A program made the translations under genes and the position numbers. A stretch of 64,000 bases of DNA from Octopus sinensis (lineage: Eukaryota). The notes below the pieces were generated by a model. The model did not search any database. It saw only the letters and a program-made list of their open reading frames with translations, and had not been told where the DNA came from. This document shows, one piece after another, positions 51,828 to 64,000 of this stretch. The stretch lies in contig NC_042999.1 in the NCBI RefSeq assembly GCF_006345805.1, positions 29,946,001 to 30,010,000 on the forward strand, written 5' to 3'. The first letter of the stretch is position 1. Every line of letters starts with the position of its first letter.

Positions 51828-52689
51828 TATTGTCTTCCATATGTGGTGAAATAAAAGCATGCAATTCCATTGTTGTGATACATTGAATGTTATTCACATG
51901 TAGCATAATCTATTATAATCATAGTGTAGTCTGAAGATTTCTATCGATATTAAAGTACATGCTATTCAGTATTAGCCTCACTGTTTAGAATCCTTGCAAA
52001 CAAAGCAGTGATTTTCAATCTATGGTAAATACATTTGATTTTGTAAAGTTTCTGGCTTCGTGTAGAAGAAATTACAGAAGGACCAATGCGTTATGGTTTT
52101 AGTCAACATATTCCCCTCTTAAATTCGCATAATTATTGCAGCAGTCCGTCAGTTTTTTAAGCCCTCTAACAGAACACGAAATGTTGGAATTTTACGCAGG
52201 CCTTTCGCAGTACCCTTAGAGGCAGGGATTTTTCAGCATCCCCTCTTAATTAGCTTGAAGATAAGTGATAATTTCCATACGATATTTTCCTCATTTCTAT
52301 CAAGGACAGTAACATACATTAAAGTAGTTTTATTTTTCTGGGCACGGAGTTTTAAATAATTAATAGTTATGTACTTTTGTGAGCGAGTAAATATTGTATA
52401 TTTTGAAAGAAACAACAACAATCGGAAATTCTACATTTTTATGAATTTTCTATAAATATTAATAGCGTAGACTCCACTGCGAATTGAATATAAATATGAT
52501 ATTTAATTTACGAGATATTTACTGATATCATATTATCTACAATGCTTACAGTAGAAAAAGGAAAATTAGTGTTAATTGTCTTGTAGGTCTGTTAAAATGC
52601 TTTGTCGTAGATGAATGTGAGTTCAATAGGAACAGAGTTATAGTGATATTGTTTGTACAGGTAGACGAAGACAACACAGAAGTTTGCTC

Positions 52690-52743
<54 letters not shown>

Positions 52744-52769
52744 CATGTACAAATATATTTATATGTGTA

Positions 52770-52808
52770 TATAATAATAATAATAATATAATAATAATAA
52801 TAATAATG

Positions 52809-52853
<45 letters not shown>

Positions 52854-52902
52854 TAACATATATATCTATATCTGTCTATCTATGCATTATTATTATTATT
52901 AA

Positions 52903-52937
<35 letters not shown>

Positions 52938-52960
52938 TATTATTATTATTATTATTATTG
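52770..52960. repeat. Opposed (TAA)n and (TTA)n tracts
   Basis: Seen directly; the (TTA)n tract abuts the 3' end of the adjacent minus-strand LINE. Confidence 0.9.
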
Positions 52961-52961
52961 C

Positions 52962-55060
52962 CATTGTGTTTTGTGATTTTACCACTCACCAAAGTGAATG
53001 GTAAAAGTGAATTGGCTAGTAGGAACTGATATCATCAGACGATATCCAAATTTTATCAGGTGGTTCGACCCAGAACCGTAACACCCACACGTTGGTCGCT
53101 CACCGGAAGTGCCCAAGACACTGTCTGTTTCTCATCTCTTCCTAATTTCCAGCTTAACTCGTCTCTTACTTCTAAGCCGACATGATGCTCTTTCATCTGC
53201 CTTTCTCGTCCTGTGCACACCTACCCTTCTCTCCTTATCTCTCATTCCAGTTGATGTAAGTATCCCCATACCGACTGAGACGGGAATCCCCTACAGCCTT
53301 CATTGACTGGAACAAGCCATTCGTGCCAACCCTTCTCCCTGCAATCCTGAGGCTTTCAGATCTAGCATACTTCCGTACATGGGCCTCACCACACCCAACT
53401 TCTCACGGGACTGTGATTTCATTTACGGACTACAGAGCCACATCTGGCATCAGATATGTATGGACAACCTATGCCAACTACAATCTCTCCCCTGAGTGAA
53501 AGTGCTGTTCTACACCCAACCAAGAAGTGTGCTAGAGTGCCCCTTTCTCCAAAAAGTCTACACAGCCGGTCTTCCCTCAAACCCCACGTATGCATGTTTG
53601 TTGGTGTCGGAAGTGTGTCATATAGCACCCGAAGCATGGGCGGGGATGCAAAAAGTTTCCAGCCTCTACATGTAAGTCCATGTGAGCTTCCTCTTAAGGA
53701 GGTTTTATTTAGCCAATGCATACTGATAGACCAGCTCCACAGTTCTTGATTTTTTTCTTTCTTCCTCTTGGTACCGCAACGCCTCTTGAGTCATAGCCCG
53801 CCTCTCTCTGATGCCTGTTTTCTTCCGTTATTGAAAAGAGGAAGAACCAAGCCGCTGGTGACCCCTGAATTTACCTCCAATGACGTCACGTATATTCAGC
53901 ATGGCTTCTACTTCTGCTACTGTGGTGCTAGCTACCTACTTTCGCCCAGAACTTGTTTGTAATACCTGCATGTTTGAAAACTTAATCGTTTCAGTCACTG
54001 TACATTATTACAATATAACAGTTTGCTACTTTAAATTCCTCCGCTACGGATGACAGGGTAAATTGTTGCTGTCTCGATCTTACGTAAAGACCTATTGAAG
54101 TAAAGCGTGGAGCAGCGTCTAGCCATCTTCAGAGGTATTTATTTACCTTCCTCTCCACCCTTTCCACACTTCTCATTGGACTATCACACAGAGTCAACAA
54201 CCATATAAGTCTTGGGAAAATTCCTTGCTGGTAGAGCCATACCTTGTACTTTCCTGAAAACCCTGCTATATCAATCCTCAACAGCCACTCCTCTGCTTGC
54301 TTCACAATATTGGTGATATTGCTTCTCTGTGATAGGGACTTTTCAAACATCTTTCCAAGGCATTTTATAGGATTTTCCTCTGCTGATGGCCTGGCTTCTC
54401 GTTGCACTTGCAGCCTGATTTTGTTGGTTACCCACACGCACAATCATCATGCACCTGGATGTTTTGGGCTTAAACCTCATACTTACCCACGTGCTTTGTT
54501 TCTGAGGTTATCATTGTGAGTCTCCTCAGAGATGTCTGTACCTCTTCTTTGGAGCTGGTCAATTCCCTGATTTGGTTTCCCTCAGCAGCTTTCGCGTGAA
54601 CCTATAAGTGGTTCATACTTTCGCACTTTTTCTTCTTTCACGTGTGTTGTAGTTGTTACCGTAACATCATACATGAAACCTTTTATTGGTTGCTCACAGC
54701 TGCTTGATTCCATGTTGGTCCTTGGGCTTCTCTATCAACAGTTGATATGAAGAGATTCATATTCATGGCGAAAAGAAGTGAGGAAACCGTGTACGCAGTT
54801 ATTATTCATGTCTTATGGTCTTGCTACCGAGTTGTTAAACATATTGTTCTAGCAGTTAACTGAATGTGCCACGAAACTGCTAACTACTCCCTTAATATGC
54901 GGGGGAATATGATAGCAGTTAAGGGCTGCATACCTGAGTGCATGAGGATTTGATTCTTATGCATTTTCCAGATCCAGCCAAACCACTGTCAACAACGCTC
55001 TGGAATGGACCTACCTGCATGGACCATTCTATATTAAGTAAATCAGTATCTTCTCTCATT
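52962..55060 (-). mobile_element. RLE-type LINE relic, Hero-like (R2 superfamily)
   Basis: Peptides LTVVWLDLENA, GFMYDVTVTTTT (resembling AFMDD+TV), ENPIKCLGKMF..EEWLLRIDIAGFSGKYKVWLYQQGIFPRLIW and LRVLYDTLPTPTNMHTWG..CRLFGERGTLAHFLVGC (decayed CCHC knuckle). Multiple frameshifts and deletions. Confidence 0.85.
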
Positions 55061-55065
55061 AAGAA

Positions 55066-55275
55066 CGCGAGTTGGAGAATCGTTAGCACGCTGGGCAACA
55101 TGCACAGCGGTATTTCGTCCGCCTTTACAATTTGTGTTCAGATTCCACGGATGTCCACGTTGCCTTTCATCATTTCGGGGTCAATAAAGTGTCAGATGAT
55201 CCCTAGTGTTTATGTAATGAACTTCCCCCCAACTGCTCCGAAATTACTGGCTTTGTGCCAAAAATTGAAACCAAT
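55066..55275 (+). mobile_element. Degenerate SINE family B at the 5' break of the Hero-like LINE
   Basis: AGAATCGTTAGCACGCTGGGC..GGTATTTCGTC..TTGCCTTTCATCATTTCGGGGTCAATAAA. Confidence 0.8.
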
Positions 55276-57029
55276 ATTTGCTCTCGGTATCTTATTGTTG
55301 TTGAAAGGGAGAGGATAGTGATAAAAGAAGATAATATTGATGGAAAGAGTTGTAGTCATATAGCTGGAAACAGTCCATCGCAATTATATACAGAAAGATT
55401 ACTCTATATCTATTCGTATCACAAGAGGTGTTGCTTTTCTAGAAAATGGACCTACGTCTGTTTCAGCATTGAATATACAATTGTTCGATCAACTGAGCTA
55501 TACTACCATAGAAGCATAAGTGCGTGAGGTACTAATTACATGCTTGAGGTATTAATTAAAAGAATGGATATTTAAAATAGAAAGAAAATTAGTAGGACTG
55601 GATGCTGCACTTTATTCCCATCTGCATTGGATCAAACCGAGACTATTAAACGAGCCTTTCCAAAGATGCCACGCTTCGGTTCTCGGTGTCTGAGGAGATC
55701 GTTTCCAATTACGAATGCATTATTTGACCTACTGTGTTTCTTAAATTCATGTTAAATTACTGATTTTTTTTCTTTCATTCTGCGTTCAGAAAATGTTCAT
55801 AATGATGTATATACATTTGCACAGCTACTGATAATGCATACGCGTGTTTTCAATCCTCGTGAAACTGAAAGTATATATAAATTTGAAACATTCAAGAAAT
55901 ATCATTGATGGCGTCATAAATACGCTGAACGTATGAATTGCGCAAGTTCAAATGACACACATGATTGAAAGCATTTTCTTGTCTAGGATTGGTCGAATAT
56001 TATTAATTTTGACAAGGCAATCTCCCCAAATGCAAGATGAAATGTTGCATATTCAATATTTCAACACAACGTTCAAATGAGATACAATGGAATTTGGTAA
56101 CGTTCATAATTCCTAAAATGTTTGGTAATAGCGCACGCAAAAGGAAATTGGCTTCCATCCATAATTAAAGCAATATTACGTATACAGGTAGCTATAAGAT
56201 TAATTCCAGCAGTACGAGGCTTACTAAACAGTAATATGCAATGTTGGTACCATCCTATTAAAAATTGTAAAGGATGTTGTGCTGCTTAGAGACTTAGAGG
56301 AAATTGAAGAGAGATGACGCGACAAGAGCGAAAGGGAGAAAATGAGAGAGGTGGAGAATAAGATAGAGGTGAAATACAGAAGTGATTCCACGCCAGACAG
56401 TAAGAGTGGGAAGAAAAAGAAAAGAAGGAATGACATATACAAAATTTCACATAGCATAACTATGCGCGCAGATATTAATTACATTTCAATGATTCAAGTT
56501 TGATTTGTGACCTATAAGCATTAATGATATCAGCCGGTAGATAAATACTTGCAACTGAATATATTATTGGAGATAATTTTGTTTGGACATTAGAATAGGA
56601 ACAATTATATTGCGCGTTTGATTCATAGCATCTGATGTTCGGTTGTTACCAAAGATTCATAAATATTAAATCTTAAATGTGTTTACTTTGCACAGCAAAG
56701 GTCTTCTGAAAATATGTACATAAACAGGTTCAAACACTAGGATTTCAGGCCAGCTGAACTATAGGCCCACGAGAACGATTTGGGATAAAAATACCCGTGT
56801 TCTAAAGATATATGAGTCAAATCAGAAACTTACACATAGGGTATAAAATTGGATATTTAAAATATATGCCGTTACTATATATAGGCATGCTAAAATACAA
56901 GACAGAAAATGCGCTCCCACAATATATCTGTAAGCGGCGAAGTATAACATTGATATTTAATGAAGAAAGAAAATGGAAGTGTTATGATAGAAATGGTATT
57001 TACGTCAAGACTGAAGTGAGAACGGGTTG

Positions 57030-57158
57030 TCTTCTTCTTCTTCTTCTTCTTCTTCTTCTTCTTCTTCTTTCTTCTTCTTCTTCTTCTTCTTCTTCTTCTT
57101 CTTCTTCTTCTTCTTCTTCTTCTTCTTCTTCTTCTTCTTCTTCTTCTTCTTCTTCTTC
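57030..57158. repeat. (CTT)n microsatellite
   Basis: Seen directly, with one phase slip near 57069. Confidence 0.97.
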
Positions 57159-57429
57159 TAATCGGGACTCACGCCACTAGCCACAAAGAATAATCTCTAA
57201 TTCGAGCCTACACTAAGCTATCAAGAATGCGTGCGGCAACTTGAACATCCACCCACTACACGCGATAGACTGGCGGTTGCACGGGCGCGAAAGCTACTTT
57301 GTTATCCTCATTCCGTAAACGGTGTTTTTATTAACGGGTGGAGAGCTGACATATTCTGGGGCACAGAGGTTTCGCAATCTAGACTATGGTCTCAGAGTTT
57401 ACCACACCATAGTGGGTTACACCATGATT

Positions 57430-57608
57430 CCTCTGTCTGTAGCAGAAGTAGGAAGAAGGAGTGAGAGAAAGTTGTGGTGAAAGATTACAGCGCCCCACCC
57501 CGCTGGAGCATGTTTTGCTCAATAAACACACAATACCCGGTTTGAGAGTCGAAACCGCATTCTTACGACCGCGAGTCCACTGCCCTAACCACTGGGCCAT
57601 TGCGCTTC
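57430..57608 (-). mobile_element. tRNA-derived SINE head (related to family C)
   Basis: The minus strand reads GCGCAATGGCCCAGTGGTTAGGGCAGTGGACTCGCGGTCG...GGTTTCGACTC (A and B boxes), followed by TGTTTATTGAGCAAAACA. Confidence 0.75.
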
Positions 57609-58620
57609 CACGGGTTGTTGTTGAGATTGTTGAAGTCTTCGACAGTCATTAATGAGCTGGCATATGATCATCACTTTCAAGACACCAAGATATCTATATT
57701 TTTCTTGAATCACTACCAAAAATGTACCAAAGGGCTGCATCTTATGACTGATAAACAGTAAAATTGATGTTAAAATGCTCAATATAATAAATCACGAGTT
57801 TCTTTAACTTACAGCCAGATTCCGGTTATCAAATATTGCGCAGATTGTACTGAAGTAAAGAAGAAGAAGAATCCTCACTGAATATATACTAAAATTATTA
57901 ACTATTGGAATGTGCGGGTAAATGAGTTTGATGTTTAGTAGAATGTTAATTTCTCTGATGAACTCAGATAACACGAAAACCTGACCAGAGTTGTAATGTT
58001 CCATACAAAGATCCGACACATATTTTTATGAATCTATGTTAAATCTGATACATTATTTAGAAGAATGATTATTGAAATCGTTACCGATTTTACATGTGTA
58101 GGTTTCATTTTCCATGTTACAATCTTTCATACTGTAGTGATCGGTTCTAATATCATTTGGCATAATATCTAACAGATTTCAACGTGTTTCAATTTCCACA
58201 GAATTGCTGCTCTAGATAATACAATGTTAAAATTATAGCAACGTGCTTGCTTTCCTCTTAAAATAAGAATTGTTATGAGTAGCATTTACAAAAAATATAA
58301 TGCAGTTTATCTTTTTAAAATATCATATCCTAAAATTTAAGTGCAAAATAGAAGATTTAAAAACATTTAAAATAGATATTATCGATGTACATTTATCTGA
58401 ATATGTATATTACTAAAAATGCTGAGTTGTATTCAGGTTTACATATCATTTCATATAATCTATTTGCAATATATGGTCGGTGGGTATTAAGGAATGTTAT
58501 ATCAATGAGGAACTGCGATGAGATACTTGCCATGACAAAACTTGTGAATTTATATTTAAGTAGAATAAAATTAGCCTACATGCCAATGAAAGACGAAAGA
58601 GGGTAATAGAGGAAAAGAAG

Positions 58621-58664
<44 letters not shown>

Positions 58665-59046
58665 CAGTGAGGGAATCACAGTCATAAAAGAAAGAATCGG
58701 CGGAGTAGGTATTAAAGATGTATATGTGTATACACATTCAGGCATTTAGAATTTACAAACATTCACATATAAATATGTATGTATGTAAGTATGTTTGTAT
58801 GTATGTAAGTATGTATGTAGATATGTATGTATAAATAAAATTGTGTGCAGGTGAGTTTTGCACACGTAATAGCACACACATAAGCAGATTCGGCATATGT
58901 ATTCCTATATAATATATGCAAATATACAAAAACGTATAATCAAAAGTTATGCAGAATCACGTGTATCTACTATACATTACTATGTGCGTGCGCGTGTCTA
59001 TGTTGTGTTACGGTGCATATACACATATACACACACGTCTACCTAC

Positions 59047-59104
<58 letters not shown>

Positions 59105-59469
59105 TGTATACACACACATACATGCATTTAGAAATACATACACACTCCCAATATATATGTATATGTAGATGTGTGGATGTGTGTAGGATATTATTTGAAG
59201 GTATATTTGTAGATAATATTCAGCACGAGGACTGGCAAGTAATCTATTTATGCGAGTTCACTTAACCAAACACAGAAGTGTGTAACAGAGTTAATTTCTA
59301 TCATATTAAGAGTACATTAAATATTGATAATCAAACGTAACACTTGTAAGGTAAATAGGGTTAGGAGCAATTTTACCTGTTTATTCTTGTAAACAGATAT
59401 GTGTATATGGAGATATATTATAATCATGTTGAAATTATGTGCTATAAACGCCACGTGCCTGTGCACATA

Positions 59470-59506
59470 TATTTGAATATGTTCTAATATATACATACAT
59501 ACATAC

Positions 59507-59551
<45 letters not shown>

Positions 59552-59692
59552 TATACATATGAATACATAAACCCCATTCACACTTGCACCCATGCACAAG
59601 ATTATATGTAAATTAATGTATATGCATATATATCTGCATATATATATATACCTATATATGTGTGTGTACACACACACACACAGAAACACACA

Positions 59693-59743
<51 letters not shown>

Positions 59744-60029
59744 GTATGTATGCATATATGTATGTATATTTATATATATACACATATATATATATGTAGA
59801 TGGATGGATGTATACGCACATACATATGATTGTATATGTATATAAATATACATACAATATATATTACACATATATATGCAAGATTATATATTAGCATGCA
59901 TATATATATACCTAATATACATATATATATTACATAAAGATATATGTATGTATTTACATATATATGAGTGTGTGTACGTTTGTGTAGGTATATTTTATAT
60001 ACACGCATGCATGATATAATATATATATG

Positions 60030-60072
<43 letters not shown>

Positions 60073-60172
60073 TATATAATAATATATATTATATATATAT
60101 ATATATATAATATATATAATTCTAAATATACCTAATATACATATATACCTATAAACACACGTATACAAGCAT

Positions 60173-60238
<66 letters not shown>

Positions 60239-61006
60239 TTATTTATGTATGCATGAATCTATGTATTCTCCTGTATTTATTTCAAGATATTCAGAATATA
60301 AGTTTTCCGTTTTTATCTGTATAACACCTTTATACCAAATTCTATAAATGGCTTATCCTGGGTGACAATAGAATTAATGCAGGCGCTGACGGTTCACAAG
60401 GAAACAATGTTATATATCCGTACTTTAATGCCTTGGCTAAATTATATATTAGACATATCTTCTCTGAAAATACTGCAATGGAATATTTAAAAACGTGAAA
60501 ATATAACACCTATTGTTTGAATCTCTATTGAATTATTTAGTAAAATGTTGGCTACGTGAAGTGTTAAGGTTGGAGATATTAGCGTTTTTTTTTTGTTTTT
60601 GTTTACCTTAAAATGTTTTCTATTTTACATTTTTGTACATTTATTCTGCTATTTTTGATCTTTTTTGGTTCCATTTTGGGGATGTGTAATCTTTTCTTTT
60701 AATAGTACATTCATCTCAGTAATATAGACAAACAAAACTATATAAAAAAATGTAAACTAATATTTAGCTTGATAACATTACGGCGTAAATCCTCACAAAT
60801 AAAAAAAAGACATCCACATATCCTTAGATTTATACGCATATACGTTTAGGAGTGTCTACTGAATCATATATGCCTTATATATATATATAATAATATATTA
60901 CATATATATATATATACATATAAGGTAGTTATATATGTATATATGTATATATATATATATGTATAAATATATATATATAGAGAGAGATATATATATATGT
61001 ATATAA

Positions 61007-61041
<35 letters not shown>

Positions 61042-61068
61042 GATATATGTATATATATACATCCATAC

Positions 61069-61164
<96 letters not shown>

Positions 61165-61165
61165 C
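59470..61165. repeat. Extended (TA)n/(CA)n/(TACA)n low-complexity fields (59470-60250 and 60865-61165)
   Basis: Seen directly. Similar fields occur at about 1620-1800, 5620-5860, 12905-13540, 20065-20320, 21545-21700, 23220-23515, 25150-25290 and 61725-61860. Confidence 0.95.
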
Positions 61166-61732
61166 TATTAATATATACATCTATTATTTTGTGTGGGGTG
61201 AGACATTCTTTTCCTTATCTTATTACTTGACACACACCGGTTCCATTTTCACTCATCAACTGTTTTACTGTTTCTAAACTTTTCGTTGACTCTCCGCAGA
61301 CACATTAACATATATATTTTCTAAAACATGAATTTACAAAAAGAAAGTTCCAAGAGAAATACAAATATATATAAAAAAAGATGGGTGAATGTAGCAAGGA
61401 TGGCACGTATGAATGACGAAGCTACCTCGACCATAATCCTATGAACCCAAAAATTGAAAACAGAGGGTTACCCACTTGCAAACAAATGTGGTAACACGTA
61501 ACAATATTGACCGAGGTTAGGGTGGTCTTTTTCGTTGGAATTTCTTCCCACGGATAAATCTTATCTGATTCCCCCTTTACACCGTACATCATGACACTGT
61601 GATACACGATCCCTATTGATCGAAAACCTACCCCACTATTTTTTTTCTTCTCTTCTCCCAAAAAAGAAAAGCTCTACTTTGTAATCTGTCCCCCCTGTGT
61701 GCAGCACTGTGTGGCTAATAAAGACACACACA

Positions 61733-61818
<86 letters not shown>

Positions 61819-62985
61819 CATATATGTATGTATATATGTATATGTATATATATATACACTCATGCACATACAAATGTGAGTATGTATTCGTATACATGTA
61901 TTTGAGTGTGCCCGTAATCATACATGTATACTTTTTATTTTCCGCAACGTAAACTTCTCTGGTGTAACCACGCTTTAAATGCAGTGACTCGGAAAATTGC
62001 CATTGGCTTTGAATATACTTACAATTTCAATTGCTCCCTCCTCCCAACCGCTAATTTATCAATTGCAAATGCCGAAGAATCAAGTTAGGATAATTGGTTG
62101 GTAGGTGGTCATCCAAAATGCGACGATACTGCAAGCACGTCGCGACGTTATTTTATATTTTTAATCAGTCTTATTATAAAATATGTTTCAAATTGGAACA
62201 TGCACCTTTGTCAAATGTTATCATACACGAACCCCTATTTCCGTTTCTAACTATTCCCCGATCTGTCTATACATCTATAGGAAAGCGAGTCCCTTATATG
62301 TAAATTTATCAGTTGTTTTCTTTCCAGAAAATTAATAATGCAGGTTCTATTTTTGATCATTTTTTTTAATTATATCCAATTTTATTTTTCTACTTAAATC
62401 AGACCTCCAGAAATATTTTGCCTAACATTTGTTAGCGACTCTTTGTTAACAGAACATATTTATTTATTATTTTTAGAAACATATGTAAACAATCTTATAA
62501 GTCTCTAGTTTGTATGCACAACGGTCCCTTGCGGAAACCTACAATCACTTCCCAATACATATCTCCATGAGAAAGGATCAGTAAATATAATTAATTCCTC
62601 AACGCGCATAGAAGAAACACAAAACTACAAAAAAGACCACCATTCCTGTTACCGCATTGCTGAATTCTTCCAACAACATTAAGAGACACAAAGTTCACTC
62701 ACATTTACACATATAAACAGCCAACCCCACACAAAGATCACACACACAACACACACATATGCACACAAACAAACACACATGTTATTATACACACACTCAT
62801 AGACTTTACTCATGTTCATACCACACATTCACGCAGAAACGTTTTTCTTTTATACTCTCCTGTCTTGGAAAGAATTTCTTTCTTCACTCATCCCCTTCCG
62901 GTCATTTCAAAATGTAACCACATGGGGATCGTTGACGATCTTTTCCCTCTATCTTCCTTTTCTCTTGGACTTTCCTCGCTGACCT

Positions 62986-63020
62986 GTTTCTGACGAAGAT
63001 CTTTGCTCGAAACATAAAAC
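62986..63020 (+). ncRNA. Minimal type-I hammerhead ribozyme motif, copy 1 (partly decayed)
   Basis: GTTT-CTGACGA-A-GATC-TTT-GCTC-GAAACATA-AAAC: stem I GTTT/AAAC, intact CUGANGA and GAAA..UH core, one mismatch in stem II. Confidence 0.72.
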
Positions 63021-63792
63021 TATTTATCTTTTCTTCCCTGAGCGTCTGTTAATTCTTTCATGTACCACATCCTCGCGTCGTTGTTTTTCTCGTGATTTCC
63101 TTTCTCTGTTTTTATCAAATGTATTTACCGCACGCTCACACGGACCTCGGCAGTTCCTAATTCGCGGAATTCTTTCTACCGTCGGATTACATTAAATTGT
63201 TCATTCGGAATACGCTATTTGTGCATCTTGATTGTTAATCTTTATAATTTGTCGGTGATTCGTTTTCTTTAAATTGTTTTCCCTCGACCTAAGTACTGTT
63301 CTAATTCCACTTTCTTCCTTTTTCTTCTTTCTCTTCGTATTTTCTTGCACTCAGCAACAACTACACCGACATTCACACCGTCTCACCATGCCTGACCTAC
63401 ATTACTTGCTCCACCATCTCCACTCTCTTCTGTCCTGTTTTCTTTCCCACTTTCCCACTCAATACCTGCAACCCGTAAGAAAAAAACTCGCTTGCTTTCT
63501 AAACAAAACTCGACACTCTACACATCTCTCATACCTCCGGCGTCAAATCTCACCCGTGGCTTTAGTTTGAAGTTCTACGCTACCACCTTTTCTTCTCCCT
63601 CAATCGAGCTCACTCTCGCCCGCACTTCATGCCCCCCTCATGAGCACCAACGTCCGTTTTACCCGCTCTCTCCTTCATTCTTTGACCACCAATACCCACC
63701 AGCTCAACTACTTTCCCCCCTCTGCACCATCCACACACCCACACGCCCCACCCGGACATTCCCACCCCTAAGCCGACCCACCAGTTTCTCCT

Positions 63793-63827
63793 GTTTCTAA
63801 CGAAGAGCTTTGCTCGAAACGTAAAAC
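63793..63827 (+). ncRNA. Minimal type-I hammerhead ribozyme motif, copy 2 (core G5>A)
   Basis: GTTT-CTAACGA-A-GAGC-TTT-GCTC-GAAACGTA-AAAC: perfect stem II and palindromic ACGT stem III, but CUGA is mutated to CUAA. Confidence 0.68.
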
Positions 63828-63874
63828 TACTTTTCTTTGGTTCCCTGAGCGCCTGCTAATACATTGCATGTACC

Positions 63875-63935
<61 letters not shown>

Positions 63936-64000
63936 GAGAGACACAGAGAGAGAGAGAGACAGAGACAGAGATATGCAGAGACAATGACACTTGCAAATCT

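Larger units (their letters stand above)
62860..63874 (+). mobile_element. Deleted Penelope-like element with two direct terminal repeats (retrozyme-like)
   Basis: Direct repeats of about 85 bp at 62983-63068 and 63790-63874 each start with a hammerhead motif. Between them, frameshifted KTRHSTHLSYL / LTRGFSLKF resembles the PLE N-terminal H..FL..C....P+G..LK motif. Confidence 0.72.

Noticed and set aside
53020-53075. CTGATGA in the minus-strand 3' UTR of the Hero-like LINE
   Set aside because: There is no correctly placed GAAA or stem II, so it cannot be folded as a hammerhead.
57540-57608. tRNA gene candidate
   Set aside because: A and B boxes are present, but no full cloverleaf or acceptor stem, and it runs into SINE body sequence. 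Treated as a SINE head.

Overview
Very AT-rich, microsatellite-dense animal genomic DNA with no recognisable host exon, so probably intronic or intergenic. The repeat repertoire is reminiscent of octopus/coleoid genomes (inference from recalled SINE families, not verified). Nearly all listed ORFs are artefacts of (TA)n, (CA)n and (TAA)n tracts. Recognisable content: a young 5'-truncated CR1/L2-group LINE; RLE-type LINE relics (R4/Dong-like in (TAA)n arrays, and Hero-like); an RTE relic with an inverted 5' segment; several Penelope-like (PLE) relics; mariner, maT-like and rosa-like transposase relics; two Helitron derivatives; and many tRNA-derived SINEs. The most interesting signals are: (1) two tandem minimal type-I hammerhead ribozyme motifs 807 nt apart flanking a deleted PLE (retrozyme-like, about 62.98-63.87 kb); (2) PLE-like fold-back palindromes in (TA)n tracts carrying hammerhead remnants; (3) a LINE/SINE shared 3' tail with a compensatory stem change. 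All coordinates and translations were read by eye, so element ends are approximate unless a motif is quoted.
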